DNA of 64,000 nucleotides from Spongospora subterranea f. sp. subterranea (Eukaryota): NCBI GenBank assembly GCA_049724395.1, contig JAUGWO010000103.1, positions 1 to 64,000 of the forward strand, read 5' to 3'. Shown piece by piece: positions 1 to 12,219 of this stretch (position 1 is its first letter; each line of letters starts with the position of its first letter). The notes under the pieces were generated by a model. It saw only the letters and a program-made list of their open reading frames with translations, ran no database searches and was not told where the DNA came from. The position numbers and the translations under genes were made by a program.

Positions 1-404
1 TTCTACTCTATCTGAAAGGCAAAAAAGGTTTTTCCAAATAACCTCAAAAACCTTCTGGGTCAAAACCCCGCTCTGCAAAGTACACTGGGCGACGTCATGT
101 CCGCGGATTACGTGTCACCGTTAGTCACAAAGCCATAGACCGAGTCTTCATTCTCATTTCGATTATGAATGGAAACTTTGAACGAGAAAATAGATGTAGC
201 AGAGGCGGAACTCGCGGCTGCGAAGACGGAACTCGCGGCTGCAAAGGCGGCCTTTGCCAGCGCGGAGAGGGAAAGATCTCCTACTTGCTTATGCCTTACA
301 GTCAACTTCAAGTCAACTCTCAAACCTCTTTAGTCAACTCGTTTATGCAGGATCGGAGTGCCCTCAGACAGCAATTGCACGACCTTCAGTTTGGGTTGCC
401 ACCA

Positions 405-538
405 AGGAAATACGGACCTGGGCTTCCACTCTTGGTCATCGACCTGTCCATTTGCTTTGATTGTGAACTCCTTTGCGCGCCCGCAAGGGATGCAAAATGC
501 AATGCATTAGTTGATCACTATTAGCCGAAACTTCGTCT
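405..538 (-). repeat. Inverted copy of 1380-1512 inside the CRN-like gene
   Basis: aggaaatacggacctgggcttc...ttagccgaaacttcgtct is the reverse complement of 1380-1512 with scattered substitutions and indels. Confidence 0.9.
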
Positions 539-1927
539 CACCGTTTATTTTTATCGAGGGATCGTTTGGATCCGGCAAGACCCAAATGGCCTTTAACGTC
601 ATGAGTTTGCTTCAACTTAGACACCGGATTGTCTGGTATTTAGTGGCATCTGAGTTCGGTGCGTACACCCAGTCGATTTATTGCTATTACAAGTTTCCTT
701 CAAAGTTCTTTCAAAGCTGTGCGGCACAAGATGTCCGAGAGATTGGCGATGTTACACCCGATGCTTTGAGAATGCAAAAATTGTACACTTTTGGGTATAT
801 TTGCTTGTTTTTGTCGGAAACGCGCCAAGATCATTTGTCAATTCAATCGGTTGCAAAGGAGTCTTATGATACAGTCCAGAATATTCTTTCAAACCGTCAA
901 CCTCCCGTGGTGATTCTTGATGAATTTATATGACCTCTTTACCACGAGCAAGAGTTTCTGGCCAGGTTTATGCGAAATATTTTTCGGTGTCTAAGGTTCC
1001 CAGTAATTATTTTGGGCACTGATTCGCGTGCCGCCAACGTAAGAACTCAAATCGGCCAGAGTTCCTCCGATCTTCATCCACACGATTGATGTTACGTCTA
1101 CTGATCATTGCCCCTGGTCAATACTGATGCCCTGGGTTTACCTGACTTTATTGACCCAAAATTCGAATATATGTTAGCACACTCGCGCCCGCGTTTTAGC
1201 CAAATTGCTGCGGAATTCATGCGATCACAGTCTCAGGACCGTTCATTTGATGCTGATTGCTTCGACTCTCTTTGGAAGGAAGTATACAGCAGTACTGTCA
1301 GGATCAAACCATTCTTTGAAAATTCTTTTGGATGCTTAGGGCAAGTCCGGCTTTTTATGAACGCATCTTATCCATAACAAGACGAAGTTTCGGCTAATAG
1401 TGCCCAACTGATGCATTCGCACTTTGCATCCCTTGCGGGCGCAAAGGAGTTCACAATCAAAGCAAATGGACAGGTCGACGACCAAGAGTAGAAGCCCAGG
1501 TCCGTATTTCCTGCCATGGATGAGGATGATGGGTGGTAGAGATATGCCAGCTTTTTGGAACGCATCAAATCGTATCCCATTCGTCCGCTTTCTGGACATG
1601 CTCATGACGTCTAATTTGATGTCAAGCTGTAATATAGTTTTCGATAATTATCAACAGCCGGCAAACGATGGAATGTTTTTGGAAGCTGTAATTACAGCCA
1701 CGATCTGCATGTGGCATCACATGCAAATGGCGTAAGGGGAGGCAAGCTCAGAGAATTTTTAACTCAACTAGCGTACGAGCTGACTTTCACAGAACAAACA
1801 ACTTTGAATGCTCCTCTGGATATTGATTTTCAAGCAGATGTCAATATTGAGTTCATGGCTCAATTTACGATCCCGTTCCTATCTCCGCCAAATCTCATCT
1901 GGCCTGTAAATCTGAGTCAAATCTCAG

Positions 1928-3292
1928 GCCAGTTGCGAATATTGCCATGGAACAGCCCAGTTGCGAATATTGCCATCGAACAGCCCAGTTGCGAATATTG
2001 CCATGCGAACAGCCCAGTTGCGAATATTGCCATGCGAACAGCCCAGATGCGAATATTGCCATGCGAACAGCCCAGTTGCGAATATTGCCATGCGAACAGC
2101 CCAGATGCGAATATTGCCATGCGAACAGCCCAGTTGCGAATATTGCCATGCGAACAGCCCAGATGCGAATATTGCCATGCGAACAGCCCAGTTGCGAATA
2201 TTGCCATGCGAACAGCCCAGTTGCGAATATTGCCATGCGAACAGCCCAGATGCGAATATTGCCATGCGAACAGCCCAGATGCGAATATTGCCATGCGAAC
2301 AGCCCAGTTGCGAATATTGCCATGCGAACAGCCCAGATGCGAATATTGCCATGCGAACAGCCCAGTTGCGAATATTGCCATGCGAACAGCCCAGTTGCGA
2401 ATATTGCCATGCGAACAGCCCAGTTGCGAATATTGCCATGCGAACAGCCCAGTTGCGAATATTGCCATGCGAACAGCCCAGTTGCGAATATTGCCATGCG
2501 AACAGCCCAGTTGCGAATATTGCCATGCGAACAGCCCAGATGCGAATATTGCCATGCGAACAGCCCAGTTGCGAATATTGCCATGCGAACAGCCCAGATG
2601 CGAATATTGCCATGCGAACAGCCCAGATGCGAATATTGCCATGCGAACAGCCCAGATGCGAATATTGCCATGCGAACAGCCCAGTTGCGAATATTGCCAT
2701 GCGAACAGCCCAGATGCGAATATTGCCATGCGAACAGCCCAGTTGCGAATATTGCCATGCGAACAGCCCAGTTGCGAATATTGCCATGCGAACAGCCCAG
2801 ATGCGAATATTGCCATGCGAACAGCCCAGATGCGAATATTGCCATGCGAACAGCCCAGTTGCGAATATTGCCATGCGAACAGCCCAGATGCGAATATTGC
2901 CATGCGAACAGCCCAGTTGCGAATATTGCCATGCGAACAGCCCAGATGCGAATATTGCCATGCGAACAGCCCAGTTGCGAATATTGCCATGCGAACAGCC
3001 CAGTTGCGAATATTGCCATGCGAACAGCCCAGATGCGAATATTGCCATGCGAACAGCCCAGATGCGAATATTGCCATGCGAACAGCCCAGTTGCGAATAT
3101 TGCCATGCGAACAGCCCAGATGCGAATATTGCCATGCGAACAGCCCAGTTTGCGAATATTGCCATGCGAACAGCCCAGATGCGAATATTGCCATGCGAAC
3201 AGCCCAGTTGCGAATATTGCCATGCGAACAGCCCAGATGCGAATATTGCCATGCGAACAGCCCAGTTGCGAATATTGCCATGCGAACAGCCA
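1928..3292. repeat. Minisatellite, ~47 x 29 bp (cccagWtgcgaatattgccatgcgaacag)
   Basis: Direct reading. Units are near-identical apart from one T/A position and a few 1-nt indels. Confidence 0.98.
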
Positions 3293-6200
3293 AAACTAGT
3301 GGAAGTGAAAGGTCTTCCCAAGAATAACCCCCAAGCAACTTGCGCGGTCGTTTTTGTTGTTTGTTCGTCATTGCCGACAAAATATAATAAACCGTAACAG
3401 TCAATTGTCGCCATTATCATCTTCAAGTGGATCAACCGATTCTTCCCTATTGATTGTCGAGGGGTTCGCTCTGCTCTTCCCGGTTTAAAGGTTAAGGTTG
3501 TTGTCCTCATCGATTTTAATGTAGGTCGCTCTACTCTTCTTTGTTTGAAGTCGACAGACTCATTTGTCATTACAAAAACATTTTGGCAGAAGCAGGTTGG
3601 AGTCAAAACAACAAAATATTGAACTCAGATTTCCAACTAGAACCATCTCATTCTGGTCTCCATAAATTCAGCAATTCATCATTTTGGTCTCTACAGGTTC
3701 CATGAATTGCTCACTCTGGCCTCCACAATGTTGTCAATTCCTCATCCTTCGCAGTCCTTCCATCATCGGGAATTTAATCATCATCAGCTTAATCTAAATG
3801 AGCGCTGTATTGAAGATCTTTCCATGTGCTTCAATCCTATTCCGTTTCTGGCTGTTTTCCCTTCTGTTGAAACCTCGCCGTTTGGCATTGTACGTGTGTG
3901 CTTTTGCAAAGGGTGTGCTCGAGTCAGAGCGTGTCCCAAATCTCGCAAGTTATCAATCAGCGATCTGGGCTTGCTTTCATTGGGTGCGAAGCATACTAAA
4001 TGAATTCGGCCAGTGAAAAGGGACATGCGCCTTTCTCTGTAGGCCTTGGCTTGCTGAGCACGGTACAGTTCTAATCGCCCTCAATTGCGGCTTCGCATCC
4101 ACACAAATTCTACAGCGTGACTACACCAATCTCAAAGTCCCCTTTCATACCACAAACTTGTGGTCGACTCCAAAAGCCGAGTCAAAAACATCCACTAAAG
4201 GGAGAATTTGAATAAGCGGTTGGCATCACTTCGTAAGGAGGTATTTGGGCTGCCGATCGGCTGGTCACTCCATCTGACCAGTTCGAAATAGGAGATTTTT
4301 GTTTTTTGTGAAGATGTTATCATGGACCTCTGATATCTGGAAATCATTTGACGGAAGAAACGTCCTGTCATATCCTGTTCATGACGTTGAATCCGCAATC
4401 GATTGAGCCTTAAATCAACAGCAATTGCACAGCGTTGGTCTCATGCAAATGTTGTATGGGTTTTCTGCAGAACAGGAGTTTCACATTGTCGACATGATGG
4501 ACACCGTGTTTCCGAAACATCCATCCCATATCACCAACCCGTATACCGAGCTTTCCAATTCTAAACCTCTTGTTTCTAAGTGGCGATACTGGACAAAATT
4601 CGAAAGCCAGGCTGACAGACAAACCGAGTATGTGGGGCTTTAGAAGCTAAAAATCATGATTACACATGACGATGCTGATTTCAGCATTCGTTGGGCATAA
4701 ATTGAGCCGTTAGCAGCCTCTGCAGTCAATTCCTGGTGTTCTTCGGTGTAAGAGCGACGTGTGGCGTCTTTGGACCTAGCGGTACACCTTAGACGGCCTG
4801 GGCGGATGTGTTCTCGGCACGGTGCGTTGCGTTGAAGTATCGCCAGCACAGGTCCTCGTGTCTCGATCGAGCACTGGTGTATGCCACGACGCCACAGAAC
4901 ATTGTGGTGGTTCAACTTCGTGAAGAACACTGCAAATGATTGATATTGGGTCCGAACCAGAGCCTGTTGTCAACGATAAATTCTCACGAGAGATTAAAAA
5001 TTGCTGCAAACGACTGTTGGTCGGGCTGACAAGACAATCCGACGCGTCGTCAAGTTAATTTGTTTGCGATTGCAAATTTTGTCAGAATAGAATCAAACCG
5101 TGAACGCGCCTTTTATTGCCAACCGATTCAAAAAACGCCTTTTGTTTTTGTGAATGGTTGGGCCGTCCTGTGAGAATGGTGTGCCCAGATATGATCAACC
5201 TATGAACCTGGCATCGGTTGGGGCGACCTCGGGCAATGGGGCTCGGAGGACACGATCGACTGCCGTCTTCACCGATCGTTGGTCACCCAAAGGTCGCGAT
5301 CCAATCTTCGTCATCAGCGAGCGACAACGGTACAGACACTGATTCATCTGACTGCCGATTACTGAACTGGTGAAGACGGCGTCGCCGCAAACCTCAGATT
5401 GACAACTCACTTGAGCAAAACGCCAATATCGCATGATTCGTCACAACAATCAAATCACTATTGGGCTCGAACCCCGAGATTGCCAACACTTCAGCGCCAT
5501 CAATAATATTATACACTGTCGGCGAACGGCCACAAATGGACAAAGCAGTGTTGGCGCCAATGTTGATCTCGTCGTTGTGAACGCCAACTGATCTCCATTA
5601 CAAATTCTTAAAACTCTGATCCCGACACATCCTGTCGTGGATCCGGCCGGATTCTCACGATCTTCGCCCGCATCACCCAGAATATCCAACAAACGCTGCA
5701 CAAACTTTGACGTTCCCAAATTCGGAACAGAATCACACCCGATCCAATGATTATCTCCAATCTCACACCGTGTATCGCAAAACCATCTCTCATTGCGTTT
5801 TCCTGTAGATGTGATTGTTTTCGAGGTCGGTTCGTTCGTGCTGTGGACTTCTCCGTTTTCGGCGCTGTCCATTTGCGTCTCCCGATATGTTCAACAACAA
5901 TCGCATCGGCCATGAACGGCGGTGTTTGCTGACGGTGCCAAGTTTGGCAATGTTCCAGTTCCTGTTGGACTGAGCCGATGTTGACGCCAAGCGCGGCGCT
6001 CGGTCGAACTCCCTTGACGGTCGCCAGCCGCTTTCGTGTGTGCCAAATCGGGACGATTGCAACTGTGCCGATTTGAGCGGCATCAGCGCATTGATGAATG
6101 CCGGCCTCGGGTTAAGCGGACGATGGCATTGGGCAATTGCCCCTTCTTGGCCGCCCTCACCTCATGGATGATGGCCACTTGTGCCTCATTATGAATGACA

Positions 6201-7388
6201 ATCCATTGGACATTATGATAATTCACATCTTTCAATCCGTCCTGCGAATGATGCACAGTTCACCAATTCTCAATGTGCCAGAACTGGTCACCGTTCTTCC
6301 AACGCTGGCCCCTTTCTCAAGATCCGATTTAATCATGTTCGTTCCATGCAACGAGAAGTGAGTGCGTCGTTGTCACGTCTGAAGGAGTCATCGGGTTCTG
6401 GCCGAGATCTTGGCCGATCCCAGCAGGATTATCTGTCACGAACTCTACTGGATCCGCCGGAACATCTCTCTGGTCATCAATCGTCAAACAACTGGTTCCC
6501 TGGATGCGATCGTCAGGCGTTCGGAAGACGGAGATTGTAGGCAACGCCTTTCTCTGCTTGTTAGACCATATGTAAAAGCCATTTTAGCAACAACAGTTCA
6601 TCCCATGCAATGTATTAACATCCGTTTTTTTCGTCAGAGACGTTCAACGACAACTCAAGATGACATCGGGAAAAACGGTGCAGGTAGACGAGCATTACCA
6701 GCAAAAAATTGAAAACTCACATTGCCTGCCGAACCATCCGGCAAGATCTCGTCCGCCGTCACTCTGTGTTCGGTTGTTTACGCGGGTTGGTTCAGCTCAG
6801 CGCTGTTCATTTGCAATCGGTATTTTGAAAAGATTATCAAATTTCATTTTTTATATAGGTAATTTATAGGTTGTACAAATAAACTTAATTGATAAATACA
6901 GCATAAGTACTTGAACAATTTGGAAGTGAAACAAAAAAATCACATTCGCAATCGGTATCTCCTCTTGACAAGAACCTCGACCAGAGCATCCACTCATTTC
7001 TGACCAGTCTTTGTTCATCTTTTAGTGAAAGCTGAGGGAAGAACTGGTGAACAGAGACTCTGCATTTGAGTGTGAAGATGGCGAGGATATAGGTTGCCGA
7101 CCATTCCAATCCCCTTTGTCAACGGTCCACTCAGATGGTTGTGATTCACTTCATATCCAGTTATTGGTGTTCACCGCCCTGTTCATTCTTTCATTGATTC
7201 AATCCACTACAGTTCGCCTCTTCCATTAATCGTCGCCATTTTGTCTGTACAATTTGTGTGTCAGTTGCTTATTTCTACTGAAATCCATTCCCCATTTTTT
7301 CATCGTGTATTTTCACCGAGATCGTGGGTTTATGAGAAGTGACTGAATTTATCGTCCTTTAGTTTTTATTAACAGAGATAGGTTGAGA

Positions 7389-7640
7389 AGTTTCTGGTAT
7401 GAAATGACAGTATACGTCAGATAGGGAAGTCGGTAAACGACGATAAAACTTGTTGGCAGCGCTGTACATGTGTTCTCTTGCATTGCCGGCGATTGCTCCC
7501 AGAGTAGCGCCAGAGGTTTCTGGTATGATATTACAGTGTAAGTCAGATAGGGAAAGTTGGTAAAAGACGATAACACTCGTTGGCAACGCTGTGCAAGAGT
7601 TCCCTTGCATTGCCAGCGATTGCTCCCAGAGTAGCGCCAG
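7389..7640. repeat. Diverged ~127-bp tandem duplication overlapping the 3' end of the first IFI27-like gene
   Basis: ttctggtatga...gattgctcccagagtagcgccag occurs twice (about 7389-7513 and 7514-7640). Confidence 0.85.
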
Positions 7641-8016
7641 CCATACTGCACGTAGCGGCGGCTGTTCCTGTCAATAAACTTGCACCTGATGCTTGCAAAA
7701 CGGCGGCGATCCCTCCGGCCGCCAAGGGAGCATGGATTGTACCAACGCCCGCGACCACCTTCCCGAAACTCGACATGACAATCGGAACCAACGCGACGGT
7801 TCCCAAGCCAACCGCAATCGGCAACACACCGCCGATAGCGCCTCCAATCATGCCTGGAAAACGCATTAATGGATTTAATGTTGACAATAATTACCCAATT
7901 GGATCGGTTTTACCGTCGTGATAAAGGGAAGAAGACGGGGAGCAATTAAAATATGTATTAACACCAAAAACAATGGCCAGGCCGATAACGAAAACCGCCA
8001 CGCCTAGAACAGGCAT
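7543..8016 (-). CDS. Small Gly/Ala-rich membrane protein, IFI6/IFI27 (ISG12)-like, copy 1
   Basis: MIGGAIGGVLPIAVGLGTVALVPIVMSSFG...AAGGIAAVLQASGA. A plausible 60-bp GT-AG intron (7913-7854) joins in frame a hydrophobic first exon (MPVLGVAVFVIGLAIVFG) starting at 8016. Confidence 0.6.
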
Positions 8017-8938
8017 CAACGGGTCTCATGTTCTGATAAAGTTGTGGACAACAATGGTCCACAAGGTTCGGATTTACCCATTATGGTTGTGACAAAGAGG
8101 GAAAAAGGCGGAACAATGGAGATTCGTATCACGATATACAATGGCCAGAAAGGGGTTCTTGTCGGGGACTCCAACTGCGCCAGATTCCGTTTTTGGGGGT
8201 ATTAATCTGTAGATTAATTGAGAGCAACACATCTGATCATATTCTGATAGGGAAATTGTCATCTTGACCACACTCACCCCCTGAATAGACAACTCATGAC
8301 TTTCCACATTTCGAGCCGTTGGTCATGGAGTTAGATTTCAGAGGATGTCAATGTACCAAAACTGGTTGTGGCCGGTTGCCAACGCGGACACCTCTGAGGA
8401 TCTGCTTCAAACAAATCGTTCCATCAACAATAATTGAGTGACATGTGAAGATGTCATTGCACCTGAGTTGTCACATCTGAAGGAATTGATGTCTGAACAA
8501 GAAGGGCTGCAATAGGATCACCTGAACTGCTCAAAACGTTAACGATTTTCCGTTTAAATTAAAGTCTTCAACCACCGCTTTTCCAACGACCCATATCAAG
8601 GGTTTGTAATCTCCTAATTGTTGCCGACAGTTTCGTGGTAAATGATGTTCAGACATCACAATCCCCTCGTTGAATTCCTTCAGTAATTCGACACACTACA
8701 GTTCGCTTCTTCCGTTGATCATCGCCAATTTGGCTGTTCAATGTGTGATGTGCTTTCCTATTTCAAATTCGTCATTCATTTCCCCCTTTCCTCATCACGT
8801 ATCTCAAAATGGTCGGAAATACGACAGGTGACTGATTAGTTCCCCCATAAACCTTCATCACGGTCCTGAATGTTGTGAAATGCCCTTCAATTATATTAAC
8901 AGGATACGCATGACGTTGGAAACCGAGCTGGGATATAT

Positions 8939-9178
8939 TTATGTGGCGATTGCGCCCAGAGTAGCGCCAGCCAGACAGCCTGCTACAGCGGCTGTCCCTG
9001 TCAATAGAACGGCGGCGATCCCATCGGCCGCCAGGGAAGCGTGACATGTACCGACGCCCGCCACCACCGTTCCAAATGTCGCCATCGCCACCGGGATCAA
9101 CGCCACTGCTCCCATACCTAGCGCGATCGGCAACGCAGCGCCGACAGCGCCTGCAATGATCGCTGCCAGAAAACCCAT
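8939..9178 (-). CDS. IFI27-like small membrane protein, copy 2 (internal deletion, possibly a pseudogene)
   Basis: Paralog of copies 1 and 3 that lacks the LQASxxxL segment. Confidence 0.55.
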   Translation of the reverse strand: MGFLAAIIAGAVGAALPIALGMGAVALIPVAMATFGTVVAGVGTCHASLAADGIAAVLLTGTAAVAGCLAGATLGAIAT

Positions 9179-10089
9179 TTACCGTTGAAACTGATTTGTG
9201 AATTGAACGGGTGAAAGTACAATGGCCAGATTGGTGCGATTGCACCCTTTAGTGAGTTGCCCATTCGGACCAATTTGCGCATTGGATCGCCGGATCCGCC
9301 GATCCAATGCGCAAATGAATTCTTATAAAATACGGTCAACATGAAATTGGGGTTGGCGGCTATAGCTGGGTTTTTGTGTTGCCTTTGGGCTCAGCCAATT
9401 GTGCATCTGGTGGGCGTTTTCGTTGGTTATTGGCGTCGCCAAAACCGGGTCAGGACCATTAAGTTGGTGTGTGGACAGTTCTAGAATCCACTCGCAATCC
9501 CGGTCGTCCTGTCAAAGATCACGGAACCCGTTTTTTCGGCGCCGGATTGTTTTTGGACCCACGTTTTTTCGCGAACTCAAAAACTACAGAATCACGATCT
9601 TGCCTATTTGGTCCCTGGCGCTCACACGGCCGACATTATTGTCATCCAGTCCGCTCAAGAAAGAGTCTGATTGTTTATTTGTGCTAGAGAGGTTCAAACA
9701 TTTACCGGCGACTATATCCCAACAGGGTCATCGTTCAAAAACTGATTGCGAATCACATTCTTTCAGTATATCAAACCGGCAGACGCTTCAAAAATTTCTG
9801 TTCCATTTGAACATAGTTTGCCTGAGGTGGTCTCATCCTGCTGATTTAGGACCATAACTCAGATCCGTCTCATTGTTAGAGAAGGCGCCTGCTTATTGTC
9901 GATTATGGCCCACGATGCAGACCCCCGAACTGATCAATGGACCGTATTTAACAATATGAAGAGTCAGTTTACTCTCTATCTCTTAGGGCTGTTTCGAACC
10001 CAGGCGGGGGTTGGAAAATTGATGATATACGGGCGATTGTTGAATGATGAGAATATGATGACCGCAATGACAGTATTAACAACCAAGAT

Positions 10090-10800
10090 TTGTGCTGAAA
10101 TGACGTTGTATTCGAGATATTGGATCGAAGAACAGTTTAAGATAGACTCAGTTTTACTATTTCAAATTTTTGGGGAGCGGGATAGGTCTTGGGAAAAGCC
10201 AAACATGCTCACAAGGGCCCCACTGCTTCGATTGCAAAGTCCTGTGCATATGGCTCGCGGGATGCGATGAAAAAGCGATGCCAGGCATTCTTGGCTGATC
10301 GAAACGGGGCATTCGGAGCTGGTGAACACCACAGACATTGAGAGCACGTATAAGGTCATCCGAATCCAAAACGGCATTGGCATGAAGTACGAAATGTTGG
10401 GCATCAACGCCAGGCTCGATGACCTATTCGTTGCCTAGGCAGGTTGTTGTCCATCACAGTTCGCGTAATTCTGATCGCTGGCCATCCCAAGGATACGTAC
10501 GATCATAGGATATCTGACAATCGTGAACTATTGTCGGTCGTCCAGTAACCTGTCTAGCGATATTGAATCAGGATGAGCTGAAAGCTCGAGCGACTGCCCA
10601 TAGATCCAACGAATCGCTTCATGGTTTCGCAGTCATCGCGAAACCATCCATGTCGGCGTTAACAACCTCGTTTGAGGCCATTAGATGGGGGAAAATACCG
10701 AAGTCATGAACCTGGATCGTTGACCAATACTGTAATGAAGATTCACTGTGTTTTCATTTCTACTTCTCTACATAGTCGAAATACTCGGTTGCTCTAAGGC
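10090..10800 (-). pseudogene. Degenerate Ser/Thr protein kinase (CMGC-like) remnant
   Basis: Ordered fragments VHDFG, NEVV, SLDLWAV and LFFDPISRI resemble kinase subdomains VII, VIII, IX and XI. Many stops and frameshifts. Confidence 0.35.
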
Positions 10801-11922
10801 CACCGTCGATTGCGAAAGCCGATGGCCAGTACAATAAGACATTTCATGAGGATGAGTTTGATCATGAATGCCGGGAAACAGGGTGAATTTGGGTGATTAG
10901 ACACGACTCTGCATCAAGAGTTCAGGGACGGCCAAACCCCTCTTGCCACTGAACACTTCGTCGAACTAACCCATGACCTGCCTGGTACAATTCCTGCGAA
11001 TCGCTGCAGATACCATACGTGTTGGAAGTGGGCGGCCTGAGAGGACTAGACATGCGTTGGACCGGATCGTGGGAATCTGAGTTGGGTTAATAGCTCATCT
11101 GATGTGGAGTTTGACTGGATTATCGCATGTTGTGTTCTGCATAACATGGTCAATCAACGAAGGCTGAGGTAATTGATGCAGTATTATCGCCGCGGTCGCT
11201 GACAGATACGCTGCAGGACAAGCCCTGGTGATCATGTTTGACGATGCGCTGCTCGTATACCTGGGCCTCATTATGAATGATAATCCGTTATAGATCATGA
11301 TTATCCACAATTCGAGCCGCTGCTCATGAAGTTAGACCCCAAAGGATGTCAATGTACCAGAACTGGTTGTTGCCGTTTGCCAACGCGGACGCCCTCTGGG
11401 GATCTCTTCAAACAAATCGCCCCATCAACAATAATTGAGTGACATGTGAAGATGTCATTGCACCTGAGTTGTCACATCTGAAGGAATTGTTGTCTGAACC
11501 AGAAAGGCTGTAATAGGATCACCTGAACTGCTCAGGAGATTAACAATTTCCCGTCTAAATTAAAGCTTTTCCAACGACCGATTTCAAAGGTTTGTAATCT
11601 CCTAATTGTTGCCGACAGTTTCTTGGTAAATGATGTTCAGACATCACAATCCCCTTGTTGAATTCCTTCAGTAATTCGACACACTACAGTTCGCTTCTTC
11701 CGTTGATAATCGCCAATTTGGCTGTTCAATTTGTGATGTGGTTTTCTATTTCAAATTCGTCATTCATTTCGCCTTTCCTTATCAGGGTCGGAAATACGAC
11801 AAGGGACTGATTTGTTTCCCCCATTAAACTTCATTGCAGACCTGTATGTTGTGAAATGCCCCTCATGATATTACAGGATAAACATGACGTTGAGAAACGA
11901 GTTGGGATTTATTTGAGACGCT

Positions 11923-12219
11923 TTACTTGGGGTGTTTTGTCTTGCCCGCAATTGCTCCCAGAGCAGCGCCAGCCAAACAGCATGTTGCTGCGGCTGTTTT
12001 CGTCAATAGTGTGGAACTCGACGCTTGAAGAATGGCGGCAGCTCCTCCTGATGCCAGCGGAGCATGAAGTGTACCGACGCCGGCAACAACCGTCCCAAAC
12101 GTCGACATCGCCGCCGGGATCAACGCCACTGCTCCAATACCTAGCGCGATCGGCAACGCAGCGCCGACAGCGGCACCAATGATCAGTTTTACAGGCCCAT
12201 TGCCATGGCAGTTACCCAT
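11923..12219 (-). CDS. IFI27-like small membrane protein, copy 3
   Basis: MGNCHGNGPVKLIIGAAVGAALPIALGIGAVALIPAAMSTFG...ASGGAAAILQAS. 98 aa from the ATG at 12219. Confidence 0.6.
   Translation of the reverse strand: MGNCHGNGPVKLIIGAAVGAALPIALGIGAVALIPAAMSTFGTVVAGVGTLHAPLASGGAAAILQASSSTLLTKTAAATCCLAGAALGAIAGKTKHPK

Larger units (their letters stand above)
169..3397 (+). pseudogene. Crinkler (CRN)-like P-loop NTPase effector pseudogene
   Basis: N-terminal coiled coil (METLNEKIDVAEAELAAAK), Walker A GSFGSGKT, Walker B VILDEF, then CRN-family-like blocks HSRPRF, GQVRLF, NDGMFLEA, ASHANG, IPFLSPPNLIWP and a C-terminal LVEVKGLP. Broken by several stops and frameshifts, an inverted insert and a 29-bp array. 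Confidence 0.7.

Noticed and set aside
1928..3292. CRISPR array, or multiheme cytochrome (repeated CEYCH = CxxCH)
   Set aside because: There are no unique spacers and no cas genes. CxxCH arises from translating a non-triplet DNA repeat that is open in all six frames, inside a pseudogene.
5450..5872. PHD-finger gene (WFCDTRC...WIGCDS)
   Set aside because: Only half of the ligand set is visible and there is no supported gene model.
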